Positions 43,961-58,351 of a DNA stretch of 64,000 bases are shown in pieces (the stretch's first letter is position 1; every line of letters starts with the position of its first letter). The stretch comes from the human T2T-CHM13v2.0 reference genome, Homo sapiens, in the NCBI RefSeq assembly GCF_009914755.1, contig NC_060925.1, one strand, 5' to 3'. The translations under genes were made by a program, and so were the position numbers. The notes beneath the pieces are model-generated. The model had not been told where the DNA came from, ran no database searches, and saw nothing but the letters and a program-made list of their open reading frames with translations.

Positions 43961-46069
43961 GTGAAACTCATTCCTAGCACCGTGGATGCTTTGATCTCCT
44001 TCTGGCTAAAACAGGACCTCGTTATCTAGGCAGAGCCAGAGAAGAGTCTATATATGAGCCACATGCATTTTGGAATTGCCTGTCTCCATTTGCTTTTGTG
44101 CAGGGGTCACACACCACCATCAGTGAGGTTTGGCCATGGGTCAGCATTTCTGATGAAAGATTTCATGGGAAAAGGATGACATTTATGTCTAAAGTTGATT
44201 TGGTGGTTAGCTTTGGTGATTATCTTTTAATTATCTCTGCTTCCCCTCTCCCCCATTGTTGTTAACAGTCAAGACTTAGTTGTGCATATTATTTATTGAA
44301 AGAGCTAAAGAGGAAAAGGCCAAGGCTAAAGCCTAATAACTGAGAGGAAACAAGTCAGAAGACATCTAAATGTCAATTGATGGAATTGGCTTCTTGACTT
44401 GAAGATTATATCTTTAAACAGTCTTGGGAAACACCATTTTAATTCAACAAAGGAATTCTTATAAATACAATTTAATTGCTTTTTCAAGGATTGTCTATTG
44501 AGACCCCACATTAGGTTTTGTTTTGTCTTGTTGTGTTTACCATTTTCTTGCTTGCACACTTAGCCCCAAAGGGACTGGAGAATAAAAGAAGGCTAAGCCT
44601 GCAACACTAAGCACATTTGTAAGAAAGCAATTTAGGGAAAGCAGTTTTCAGTCTCATTCAAAAGTGTCCAATATTTCAATATTCCTAGACATTTCTTGCC
44701 ATAGCAGTGCCAAAATAGAGACAACTTTTGCCCTGTAGTCAACTCTGATGATGAGCCATTTTTATTGAATCAAAAAGCCCCAAAACTCCCACCACAACTC
44801 TGATCAAAATCTGATCCTTAGAATGTCGTTAAGACTGAATAGGAGTTTTATTTCTACCATCTTCCACCGCTTTATTGATTAACTCTGCTCAGAACACAAC
44901 CAGCTCACAAAGGCTCAGCTCCTAGAATTGGATGAGAAAGGTTTTTTACCAGAGAGAAGGGCAGAGGGATTTTTGTGGACTGACATCTGGGGCCCAGACT
45001 GGGACCACTGTGAGCCTGGAATATTCTTTCAGTCCTCCCCTCCTCATCATCCACCCATTTAAGACCGCCTCAAACTTGAAAGTCCTGATGACTTCACATA
45101 TCTTGCTGGGTCTGTAATGAAGATGCTTATAAATATTACAAAAGATTTATCACTTTAGCGTGAAATTCTCTGATACCAGCAGGGAGTTTTTAAACACAAC
45201 TGGCAACAAGAAGCATATGGTCAGAGATTCAAGTTACTGCTTTCTTTCTTTCTTTTTTTTTTTTTTAATTGTTGTCTGCCAAGGACAATATATTTTTTTC
45301 CCTTCTTCAAAATAAACATTGTGCAGGAATGTGCCTCAGCAAATGGCTGGGGCTCTATTATATTTCATGCAGCTTTCTAAACAATTTTCAACCCTGGGCT
45401 GGCCTGGTGTCAAACAGAAGGCAACCAACAATAGCAAAATCCCATTAAAGCCAAGAAGGTTCCTTCCTGAGGTGAACCTGGCCAGAAATAGTCATCTTGG
45501 CTCATTCTCCAGTTTGGCACTGGGGACTAATAATGCACGGTCTCCTAATGGAAATTATCTAATTTCATCCAAGAGCTCCTCCAGAGAGAGCCGGGCTGAC
45601 GCACTAACAGTCAATATAACAACATTCTTCTTGAAGTGCTGAACAATAGGCCTTTGGAGAGACTGTGATAAACCACGTCAGACTCCGGACAAACACGAGT
45701 GTAAAAATAGGCATCAGAGGCATTGACACAGCCACCTAATTTCTCAGGAGGGAGGCCCACAGAGGAGGGATTGTTCAGAATGCTTGTTGAGAATACTTCA
45801 TCAGAAGTAGTGGGAGAAGGATAGTGAAGAAAGAAAGAAAAGGGATGGGGAGAGAGATAAAAAGAAGACTGAATAAGATCAAGAATGGGGAAAAAATAAG
45901 AAAATGATAAATGAAAGAGAGGAGTTAATTCTTCATCTGTGGTACAACTGTCCATGGTCTGCTAATATAAATCAAACTTTGGGTGTGATTCCCATTAACA
46001 TCATGGGGCTGTGTTTCAAATGCTCTGTGCGAAGAAAAGCCAGCAGGAAATAATGCTCCATTTAAGGAG

Positions 46070-46087
46070 ATATATGTATGTATATGT

Positions 46088-46150
<63 letters not shown>

Positions 46151-46162
46151 ACATATGTATAT
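46070..46162. repeat. (TA)n microsatellite with TG flank
   Basis: About 25 uninterrupted TA units. Confidence 0.95.
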
Positions 46163-47035
46163 AGGAGTTCTGTGAATTTACCACTATTCTAAGACCAACA
46201 GGATCATCCTGAGGCATACATTTGGTTTTAAGTTTCCTCATGTTATTACTTGTTTTCTGAATATTTTTAACCTCCTCTAAATTTTAAGCTTCTGAAGAGT
46301 AGGAACTGGCTTGTGTCTATAACGATTATCCACATCAAGACAATAAGTATCAGTCAAAAGTGTTGATTGGTTGATTATTCATTGAGCCTAATAGTCTTGA
46401 AACATCAGAGAGTCTCTCATGAGTGGGTATTTCAAGAAATAAATTTCTCCAAAATGGGTAATTTCAAGGCCCAAATCCATGTCAACACCTCCCTGATTCT
46501 GCACCCACTACCACCTTCCTACTTCCCTTCCCCACCAACAAGCTAGAAAATGGCGTGGGTTCTGGAATACAGAATGGCTTCCCTAGACTACAGGGCCTAA
46601 GATAGACCACGGGACATTCTCCTTGGGCCCAACATGTGAATTTGCAACTCTAGGCTGATGCAAGAGAACGTATTCTAGCTATATTCACACCACTGGAATA
46701 ATATTCACAGTCTGAATCAAGATGGTGGCTCAAGCACATGCCTGCTTTCCCTGCCCAAACCCCAATCCAGATATATATTCAACATACAGATAACACTGTG
46801 TCTTGGGAGGGAAATTCTGTGTCTGGGGGATACCAGAGTGAAGAGCCTACTTCTTTAGATATGCTTTTGTACATTTTCAAGGTTGAACTCTGTGAATATA
46901 ACACTATTCAAAAATTTAAAATTAAGTTTAAATAAGCTAATTTTAGAGTATCAATATAAAATAAAATGGAATTTAAGGCCAAATGCATAAAAGGAAAAAT
47001 GAGACATATTTATATTGATTAAAAGTATACTTCAT

Positions 47036-47328
47036 GGCTGGATGTGCTGGCTCACGCCTGTAGTTCCAGCACTTTGGGAGGCTGAGGCAGGAGGATCACG
47101 AGGTCAGGAGTTCAAGACTAGCCTGGCCAACATGGTGAAACCCTGTCTCTACTAAAAAAACAAAAATTAGCCAGGCATGGTGGGCACCTGTAATCCCAGC
47201 TACTCAGGAGGCCATGGCAGGAGAATCACTTGAACTTGGGAGGCGGAGGTTTCAGTGAGCTGAGATGGCACCACTGAACTACAGCCTGGGCAACACGAGT
47301 GAAACTCCATCTCAAAAAAAAAAAAAAA
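47036..47328 (+). mobile_element. AluS
   Basis: Full dimer with A tail. Confidence 0.95.
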
Positions 47329-48074
47329 GGACAGTTAACTAAGAAGTCACTTAACTTCATGAATCTAACAACTTCGAAATATACAAAACTGATAGAAATA
47401 TAAGGAGAACCTAATGATGCATAAAAAATAAGACTACACAAAAAGAAGGTATTATATAGTAATAGCATTTGAATAACATACACATATCTCATAGATATAT
47501 GTAAAAGTTGGTATTCAACAAAGACAACACATTTTAAAAAACATACAGAAATTTACAAAATCAGTTCATATGTTGAGCCACAGAGAAAATATCAACAAAT
47601 TCCAAAGTAAACAGGGTCATGCAAGTTGCATTCTCCTAGTGCAAAGCAATAAAAATGGAAATTAATGAAAGTGCTAGCCACATAAACACACACATATAAA
47701 TCTGTCCACTTGGAAGTATAAAATATCCCTCTATGTTCTTGGGTATAAAAGCAAAGCAAAACTATTTAGAAATAAATTATGAGAACTCTTATCAAAATAA
47801 ATGGGACATAATCAAAGCAATACTCAGAAGAAATTTTGCAGTTTTAAAATGCATTTTTCTTAGAAAATAAAAGATTGAAAAATAATGAAAGCATTCAACT
47901 TAAGAATAATAGCAAAAACAAAATTAATAAAGTTAAAAAAGAAAAAATAGAAAATATTATGTGCACATATATTAAACCATTTTAAAAGGAAAATATTGTG
48001 TGTCCTTGGGATTTCTTTTGTAGAATACATTAAACTGGATAGATGTTGTCAAATATTTATTTAAATAAAGTATT

Positions 48075-48372
48075 GGCCAGGTGTGGTGGCTCATGCCTGT
48101 AATCCCAGCACTTTGGGAGGCCAAGGTGGGCAGATCACGAGGTCAGAAGATCGAGACCAGCCTGGCCAACATGGTGAAACACCACTTCCACTAAAAATAC
48201 AAAAATTAGCTGTATGTGGTGGTGCATGCCTGTAATCCCAGCTACTCAGGAGGCTGAGGCAGGAGAATCGCTGGAACCTGGGAGATGGAGGCTTCAGTGA
48301 GCTGAGATTATACCACTGCATTCCAGCCCGGGCAACAGAATGAGACTCCATCTCCAAAAATAAAAATAAATA
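48075..48372 (+). mobile_element. AluS
   Basis: Full dimer; TSD aata(a)agtat. Confidence 0.95.
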
Positions 48373-51300
48373 AGTATCAGTAAAGATGATTTCTGGTGTG
48401 TTTTGCATAAAATATTGCTAGGATTAAATTACAACACAAGTAAAGGATTTGATGCAGTGCTTGTACCAGAATAATTACTATTTAGCTGCTATTATTACCA
48501 TTAAATATCTTTTTGTGACAGGAAAATCACAGAAGAAGTTCATTTTAGTGTTAAAAAATTTTTTTTTAAATTTACTGGACTAAAACCTGCTTTCATATTG
48601 TCTTTCTCTCATTCGCTCCGTTAATGGTTACCTTACTCCTTGTCTCTACTCCCCCAATCTTAAAACCTGAATCACGGTACTCTTTTTCATACAGGACACA
48701 TTTTCAAATATACGGTGAAGAAGGATGGGCCATTACACATGTGCATAGTTTTCACTTCTCTTATCAGGTGAAACATTCCCAACTGTTTATTTTTCCTTAC
48801 TTAAATGAAAAGGAATCTAGGTCTTCCACCTTCTTTTAAAAAATATTTTATTTTTTATGGATACATAATGGATATACATATGGATGTACATGTGGTAATG
48901 TAATACCTTAATATAATTTGTAAAGACCAAATCATTGTAATTAGGGTATCCATCACCTCAAATATTTGTCTTTTCTTTATGCTAATAACATTCAGATTAT
49001 TCTCTTCTAGCTATTTGAAATATATAATGGGGTACTGTAAACTGTAGTCGTACTACTCACCTATCAAACACTAGGTCTTATTTCCTATGTCAAACTGCAT
49101 ATTTATACTCATTAATCAACCTCTCTTCATCTGCTCCTACTCACTACCTTTCCCAGCATCTGCTAATCACCAATTTACTCTCTATCTTCATGAAATTCAC
49201 TGTTTTTGCTCCCACATATGAATGAGAACATGTGATATTTGTCTTTCTGTGCTTGACTTACTTCACTTCACTTCACATAATGACCTTCCATCCATGTTGC
49301 TGCAAATGACAGAATTTCATTCTTTTTATGGCTGAATAGCATTCCACTGTTTATATATACCACATTTTTTTATCCATTCATTCACTGATGGGCACTTATG
49401 TTGATTCCATATTTTGGTTATTGTGAATAATGCTGCAATAGACATAAGAGTGCAAACATCTCTTCAATATACTGATTTCATTTCTTTTAGATATATACCC
49501 AGTAGTGGAATTGCTGTATCATATGGTAGTTCTATTTTTAGTTTTTTGAGGAAACTCAATACAATTGTTATACTGGCTGTACTAATTTACATTCCCAAAC
49601 ACAGTGTACGAAATTCCCATTTCTCCATATCCTTGCTAGCATTCATTATTCCTCGTATTTTTGATAAAAGCCATTTTAACTGGGGTGAGATGATATCATA
49701 TTGTGGTTTTGGTTTGCATTTCTCTGATAATTAGTGATGTTAAGCATTTTTTCATATACCTGTTAGCCATTTGTATGTTTTCTTTTGAGATATTTGTGTT
49801 TAGGTCTTTTACCCATTTAAAAATTGGATTATTTGTTTTTTTGCTACTGTGTTGTTTGAGGTCTTTATATATTCTGGCTATTCAATCCCTTGTCAGATGG
49901 ATAGTTTGCAAATATTTTCTCCCATTCTATGGGTTATGTCTTCACTTTGTTGATTATTTCCTTTGCTGTGCAGAAGCCTTTTAGCTTGATAATCCTATTT
50001 GTTGATTTTTGTTTTAGTTGCCTGTGCTTTTGAGGTCTTACACAAGTAATCTTTGCCCAGGCCAATGCCATTGGGCATTTCCCCAATATTTTCTTTGAGT
50101 AGTTTTATAGTTTCAAGTCTTAGATTTAAATCTTTAATGCATTTTGTTTGAGTTTTGTATATGAGGAGAGATAGGGCTCTAGTTTTTTTCTTCTACATAT
50201 GGTTATTCAGTTTTCCCAGAACCATATATTGAAGAAATTGTCCTTGCCTCATTGCATGTTCTGGGCAACTTTGTTGAAAATGAGTTGGCCATAAATGCAT
50301 GAATTTATATCTAGGTTCTTTATTGTGTTCCATTGGTCTACATATCTGTTTTTATGCCAATACCATGATGATTTACTTACTATAGCTTTGTAGCATATTT
50401 TGAAATCAGGTAGTGTGATGCTTCCAGCTTTCTTTTTTTCACTCAGGATTGCTTTGGGTATTGGGGGTCTTCTGTGGGTCCATATAAATTTTAGGATTCT
50501 TTTTTCTATTTTTGTGAAAAACGTCATTGGTATTTTGATAGGGATTGCATTGAATCGGTAAATTGCTTTGAGTAGAATAGTCATTTTAACAATACTAATT
50601 CTTCCAACCCATAAACTGGAATGTCTTTCCATTTTTGCATTTCCTTTTCCATTTATTTCTTCAGTATTTTATAGTTTTTCTTGTAGAGATCTTTACTTCT
50701 TTGATTAGATTGAGTCTTAAGTATTTTATATTCTTTGTAGCTATTGTAAATGGAATTACTTTCTTGACTTCTGGGGTATATAAGTGCTACTGATTTTTGT
50801 ATGTTGATTTTGTATCCTGCAACTTTACTGAATTTGTTTATTAGTTCTAATCCTTTTTTGGTGGAGTCTTTAGGATTTTCTAAGTATAAGATCATGTCAA
50901 CTGTGAACAAGGCTAATGTGACTTCTTTCTCTCAATTTAAATATGATTTATATTTCTTTTTTGCCTGATCGCTCTGGCCAGGATTTCCAGTACTACGTTG
51001 AATAAAAGTGGTGAAAGTTGGCATCCTTGACTTGAAGTTGGCATCCTTGACTTGTTGCAGATCTTAGAGGAACGGCTTTCAATTTTTCCCTGTTCAGTAT
51101 GATCAGTTAGCTGTGGATTTGTCAATGTGACCTTAATTACTTTGAAATATGTTCCTTCTATACCCAGTTTGTGGGTTTTTTCCTCATGAAAGTATGCTGA
51201 ATTTTATTACTTTTTCAGCATCTATTGAAATGACTATATGGTTTTAGTCCTTGGTTCTGTTAATGTGATGTATCATATTTATTGATTTGCATGTGTGGAA

Positions 51301-51638
51301 CCGTTCTTCTATCACTGGGATGACTCCCACTTGATCACAGTGAATGTTCTTTTTGATGAGTTGCTGAATTCAGTTTGGTGGTTTTTGTTAAGAATTTTTG
51401 CATCTATTTTTATCAGTAATATTAGTCTACAGTTTTCTTTCTTTTTGTGTCCTTGTCTGATTTTAGTATCATTTTAGTATCAGGGTAATGCTGGCCTCAC
51501 ATAATGAGTTTAGAAGGATTCCCTCCTCTTCAACTTTTTTTGGAAGAATTTGAATAGAATGTTTGGTATTAGTTTTTCTTTAAATGTTTGGTTGAGTTTG
51601 GTAGTAAAGCCATCAGGTCATGGCTTTTTTAAAAAACA

Positions 51639-51942
51639 TTTTTTTTAATAGAGGCAAATCCTTGCTCTTTTGCCCAGGCTGGAGTGCAGTGTTGTGATTA
51701 TAGCTCACTGCAGCCTCGAATTCCTTGGCTGAAGTGATCCGCCTGTCTCAGCTTCCCAAGTAGCTAGGACTACAGGCATGCACCACCAAACCCAGCTACT
51801 TTTTTTTTTTATTTTTATGTTTTGTAGAGACGGGTTCTTGCTGTGTTGTGCATGCTGGTCTTGAACTCTTGGCCTTAAATGATCCTCCTGCCTTGGCCTC
51901 CCAAAGTGCTGGGATGACATGCATAAGCCACCACGCCTAGCC
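51639..51942 (-). mobile_element. AluJ inside L1
   Basis: attatagctcactgcagcctcgaa. Confidence 0.9.
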
Positions 51943-53923
51943 TGGGCTTTTCTTTGTTGGGAGACTTTTTTATTAAGCCCTCTATCTCATCACTTGTTAT
52001 TAGTTTGCTGAGGTTTTCTCTTTCTTCATGGTTCGATCTTAGTAGGTTTTATGTGTCCAGGAATTTATCCAGTTCTTCTAGGTTTTCCAATTCATTGCTC
52101 TGTGGTTGTTCATAATAATCTCTAATGGTCTTTGTATTTCTGTGTTCTCAGCTATCATGTCTCCTTTTTCATTTATAATTTTATTTATTTGAGTCTTTTG
52201 TTTTTCCTTAGTCTGGCTAAAGATTTGTCATTTTTATCTTTTCAAAAAATAGACTTTTAATTTTGTTTATCTTCTGTATTTTTTTAGTCTCAATTTCATT
52301 TATTTTTACTCTGATCTTTAGTATTTTTTCCCTTCTATTAATCTTGAGTTTGGTTTGCTCTTGCATTTCTAGTTCTTTGAGGTGCATTGTTAGGTTATTT
52401 ATTTGAAGTCTTTCTGCTTTTTTGACATAGGCTTTCATTGCTATAAAATTCCTTCTTACTATTGCTTTTGCTGCATCCCATATTTTGATATGTTATATTT
52501 CCATTTTCATTGTTTCAAGAAATTTAAAAATTTTGTAATTGACCCTTTGGTTCTTCAAGAGCACGTTGTTTAATTTTAATGTGTTTGTGCATTTACTGAG
52601 GTTCCTTTTATTATTAATTTCTAGTTTTATTTCATTGAGATAAGAAAAAATACTTGATATGATTTCTACTTTTTTGAATTTGTTGAGACTTGTTTTGTAG
52701 CCTAAGATATGTTTTTGTAGCCCATGATACAGTCTGTTCTTCAGAATCTCCCCTGTGCTGATGAAAAGAATGTGTATCCTGCAGTCATTGGGTTAAATGA
52801 TCTGTTATTGTCAGGCTTATTTGTCTAGTTTGTAGTTTAACTCTGATTTTCTTTGTTGATTTTCTGTTAATGATATCTCCATTACTGAGAGTGGGTTGTT
52901 GAAGTTGTATACTATTATTGTGTTGAAATCTATCTCTCCCTTTAGATCTATTAATGTTTGCTTTATATACTTGGGAGCTCCTATGTTGGGTGCATGCATA
53001 TATTCTCTTGGTGAACTGTCTCCTTTATCATACATAGATTTTCAGTTTATATTCTCTTGCTGAATTGTCTCTTTTACCATATATGGTGACCTTCTTTGTC
53101 TCGTGGACTTGTAGTCTGTTTTGCATGATGTAAGTATACCTATTCCTGTTCTGTTTTGGTGTCCAGTAGCATGCAATATTTTTTTTCACTCTTTCACTTT
53201 CAGTCTATGCATGTCATTATAGGTGAAGTGGGTTTCCTGCAGGTAGCACAAATTTGGGTCATGTTTCTTTATCCATTTAGCCACTTTATGGCTTTTAATT
53301 GGAGAATTTGAGTCTATTTAAGTCAGTATTTTTATTGGGCAGTAAGGACTTACTAGTGCCATTTTGTTGCTTATTTTCTGGTTGTTTTGTGGCTTTTCTC
53401 TTTCTTATTGTCTTCATTATTGGTTATTTTCTCTGGTAGTATGTTTTAATTTGTTGCTTTTTTCAAAAAGTGGATCTATTATAGGTTTTCACATGTGGTT
53501 ATCATGAGGCTTACAAAAATCATCTTATAGACATAACAAGTTATTTTAAAGAGATGATAACTTAGATTACAAAGAAAAGAATAGAAACAAACAAATCAAG
53601 AAAAAATGAAAAAACTCTCTAATATGTTAACTGCAAATGTGGGGACGTCTATATTTTGACTTTATGTTGTCTTCATTTACATATTCTTATGTTGCCTATC
53701 TCTTAACAGGTTGCTGTAGATATTATTATTTTTGATATATTTGTCTTTTAGGCTTCATACGAGAGCTATGAGTGGATTGCACACCAAATTACAGTAGTAG
53801 GGTATTCTGGGTTTGTCTGTGTCCTTAATTTTACCAGTGGATTTTATACCTTCAAATGTTTCCTTTTTGGACTTCAGTGTTTTTTGTTCTTTCAGCTTGT
53901 TTGAAGAGGTCCCTTTACCATTT

Positions 53924-54219
<296 letters not shown>

Positions 54220-55225
54220 TCCCTTTAACATTTATTGTAAGATGAATTTATTGATTATGAATTATTTCCATTTTGTTTGTGTGGGAAAGACTTTTATTTC
54301 TCCTTCATATGTGAAAGTTATGTTTGCTAGATACAATATTCTTGGATGACAGTATTTTTCTTTGAGCACTCTGAACATATCTTACGTCCTCCTGGCCTAT
54401 ATGGTTTCCATTGAGAAGTCTATTGCCTGAGGAATTGAAGACTCTTTATATGCTATTTGTTTCTTTTCTCTTGTGGTTTTTAGGATTTTCTCCTTGACCT
54501 TGACAGTTTGATTATTATGTGGCTTTGAGTAGTCTTGCTCAAGTAGAATCTCTTTGGTGTTCTCTGATCTTCTGGTACCTGGATATTTATCTCTTAAGTT
54601 TTGAAAAATTTTCTATTATTATTTCTTTGAATAAGCTTTCTACCTCTTCTTGCTCAGCTCCCTCTTGAACACAAATAATTTTTAGATTTGGCCTTTTGAG
54701 ATAATTTTCTATAACTTATAGATGATTTTCCTTCCTTTCATTTGTTTTTCTTCTCCTGTTTTTTCAAATAGCCTGTCTTTGAGGTTACTGATTCTTTCCT
54801 CTGCTTTATCCATTTTCCGTTGAGAGCCTCTAATAAAATTTTCAGTCCAGAAAATTTATTTCTCAGTTCCAAGATTTCTGTTTGGTTTTTAAAAATTATT
54901 TATGTCTCTTCATTAAATTTATCTGATAAATTTCCAAATTGCTTTTCTGTGTTATCTTGGAGACCACTGAATTTCCTTAACACTGCTATCTTGAATTCCT
55001 GGTCAGAGAGTTAACATATTGCCATATTGTTAGGGACAGTCACTGGTTCATTGCTCTGTCTGTTTGAGGAGGCCATGGTTCCCTGTTTGCTGGTGTTTCT
55101 TGTGGATGTGTATCTATGTCTTTGCATTGAATAATTAGTTATTTATTCCAATTTTCTCCATCTGGCTTGTTCTGTTTTTCATTAGATATATTTGCTTAGA
55201 GATTCTTTGCAATTTTCCTGTTAAT

Positions 55226-55350
55226 TCCCTCCCACCCTCCTTCCCTCCTTCCCTCCCTCCCTCCCTCCCTCCCTCCCTCCCTCCCTCCCTTCCTTCCTTC
55301 CTTCCTTCCTTCCTTCCTTCCTTCCTCCTTTCCCTTTCCCATTCCTTTCT
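55226..55350. repeat. (CCCT)n(TTCC)n compound microsatellite
   Basis: Direct inspection. Confidence 0.92.
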
Positions 55351-56269
55351 TTAATGCTAGGTCACTGCCTCTTTTCTGGCACCAGTTATGGTGCCTTAAA
55401 CCCAGTTTGCCTCAGTTCTAGTAAATAACCAGAGTATTGCCAGTCCTGAATTGGAGTGTCAAATGGTATATCCCAGTCGTGTGGGAAGGCTGGTTAGGGG
55501 TTTGTGCCCAGGTCAGCTATGGAACAAATCTCCTACAGCATGGTGCTGCTGAACAGCCACTCTGATTTAGCATCTCCTTTGGCTGAGTTACAGAGCCAAG
55601 TTTCCCGGACTGGAGATGGTAGTCTTGCCTCCTCTTTTTGTCTCTGGCTGTCTTCAGGGATATTTCTCACTTCAGGCTTTCCTGGTTCTTCCTATGAGAT
55701 GAGGCAGGGCAGGTGTTCTGCCAGGGAACTCAAGATGGTGTGGAATCTGGATGTCCATCTTGATCTCACTTTTTCCAGTGTAGAAACCATGAGTCATGGG
55801 AAATTTTGCATGCATTTGGTACTGGTCAGATTGGGAGGATGAGTGTCATGGATACAGAAGTCTCATTTTCTTACCATTTGCTCAGAGATTTTTCATTTCT
55901 CTGTGGCCCTGGGAACTGTTGCATCCTCATGTTTGGGTTCTGAGATATTGCTGGTGACAATCTTGGTGCTATATATTTGTCTTTTGTTTCCTGGGGGGTG
56001 AACAGGGGGAGGAATGAAGCCAGCTTTCTTCTAAATCACCATTTTTGAACTGCAAGTGTTTCTGTCCATATTCTGTGTTATTTCCCGGGTCCTCCATATT
56101 TGTTGTTGTTTTCCCATTTTTGTAGGAATTTATCTAATGGTTTGGTCAGTGTACAATCCAGGGAATCACTTTTTCACTCAATATTTTTAATGCAATCAGT
56201 TTTGTTTTTGTTTTTTGGGGGGATGCCGACTCCATTTTTTATCAGTTTGATGGGACTATTGCCTCAATA

Positions 56270-56660
56270 AGTCATTGAACAACTATTTACTCAGCATCAC
56301 TCTTTGTCAGTCCATATACTGGGTATGAAGGATACAGAATGAATAAGAGCCTCTGCTGGAAAGGACTCTTAGCTAGGAGTGTGTAACTTAGGGCAATTAC
56401 AACATAGTATGCTAGGGGCTGTGACCAAGGTAAATATGGATTTCTCTGGGACTTCAGAGGAACTATCCAAGTATAAATTAAATAAAGAGTGAGTCAGGGA
56501 AGGCTTCCATGAAGAAATGTTATGTGGGATGGATTCTGAAGACTAGCAGGGTATAGCAAGGAACACAGAGTATTGGGTGAGGTGAAGGATGCTCCAAACA
56601 GTGAATACAGTATATACAAATGCAACAAAATGAGGAGAAAGAAACAATATGCTTTCAGGA
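56270..56660 (-). mobile_element. L2 fragment
   Basis: cattgaacaactatttactcagca...gtcagggaaggcttcc. Confidence 0.6.
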
Positions 56661-57098
56661 ATGTCACACAGTTGGCTTATTGTGGTTTTGGTTTATATTT
56701 CCCTAATGACTAATGATGTTGAACACATTTTTGTATAATTATTGGTTATATGTATACCTTTGGAGAAATGGTCTTTGGAGAAAATAATCCTTTGTTCATT
56801 TTTAAATTTGTTTAGCTTTTTATTGTTGAGTTGTAAGAGTTCTTTATGTAATCTTTTTCTAATTTTTAATTTCTGTGGGTACATAATAGGTGTATGTATT
56901 TATGGAGTTCCTGACATGTTTTGATACAGATATGCAATGCATAACAATCACATCAAGTAAAATGGGGTATCCATTTACCAAGCATTTATCCTTTGTGTTA
57001 CAAAGAATCCAATTATAACCTTTTAGTTATTTTTAAATGTACAGTTAAATTATTACTGTCTATAGTTACCCTGTTGTGCTACCAAATACTATGTCTAA

Positions 57099-57408
<310 letters not shown>

Positions 57409-57971
57409 TCTATTTTTTTAATACCCCATCTCCCACTCACCCTCCCATTACCCTTCCCAGCCTCTGTTAACCATCTTTCTACTCTCTATGTCCATGAGTT
57501 CAATTGTTTTGGTTTTTAGATCCCACATATAAGTGAGAACTTGTGATGTTTGCTTTCTGTGCCTGGCTTATTTCACTTAGCACAATCACCTCCAGTTCCA
57601 TCCATGTTGCTACAAATGATAGAATCTCATTCTTTTTAATGGCTGAATAGTACTCCATTGTGTGTAAGAACCACATTTTTTTTTATTCATTCATCTGTTG
57701 ATGGACACTTAGGTTGCTTCCAAATTTTAGCTATTCTGAACTGTACTACAACAAATAAGGGAGTGCAGATATCTTTTTGGTATACTGATGTCTTTTTTTG
57801 AGTATATAACCAGCAGTGGGATTGCTGGATCATGTGATAGTTCTATTTTTAGTTATTTGAGGGATCTCCAAACTGTTCTCCATAGTGGGTGGTACTAATT
57901 TACATTCCCACCAACGGTGTAGGAGGGTTCCCTTTTCTCCACATCCTTGCCAGCATTTGTTATTGCCTGTC

Positions 57972-58351
57972 ATTTTTTTAGCAATACAAAAAGTAAATAT
58001 TTATTCAGAACAAAACTTTTAACAATTGATTTTACATTCTAAGCCAAAAGGAAATAGTAAAAGGTGTAGCAAAGAAAAGACAAAAACTAAAAGAAAAGCA
58101 GTGCACTGTCTTTTCTACATGATAATGCTTAGGTGACCCATGACCTCTCGCTTGGCCTTTCTCCCAAGTACATTTTGGAGTCAACAGCTCACTCATAATT
58201 TTGGGTTAAAACCCACCTTTCTCCTGAGAGTCAGGAGTTGCAGATGAGCCCTGGCAAGCTGCTTCTCTAGGGTTACTAGCTATTGAGGCTAAGGTGCAAA
58301 TGTAAGGCTTCGGTATCTTTCTTTACACAGGGGCACCCCCATTTCTTACTG
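57972..58351 (-). pseudogene. Short processed retrocopy or orphan transduction of unidentified source
   Basis: Flanked by 13-bp direct repeat gttattgcctgtc (57959-57971, 58352-58364); poly(T) 57973-57979; TTTATT 58000-58005; non-L1 sequence. Confidence 0.8.

Noticed and set aside
51015-51054. Perfect 20-bp tandem duplication, plus similar short duplications at ~34626, ~51460 and ~63609
   Set aside because: Ordinary slippage, mostly within dead L1; no functional indication
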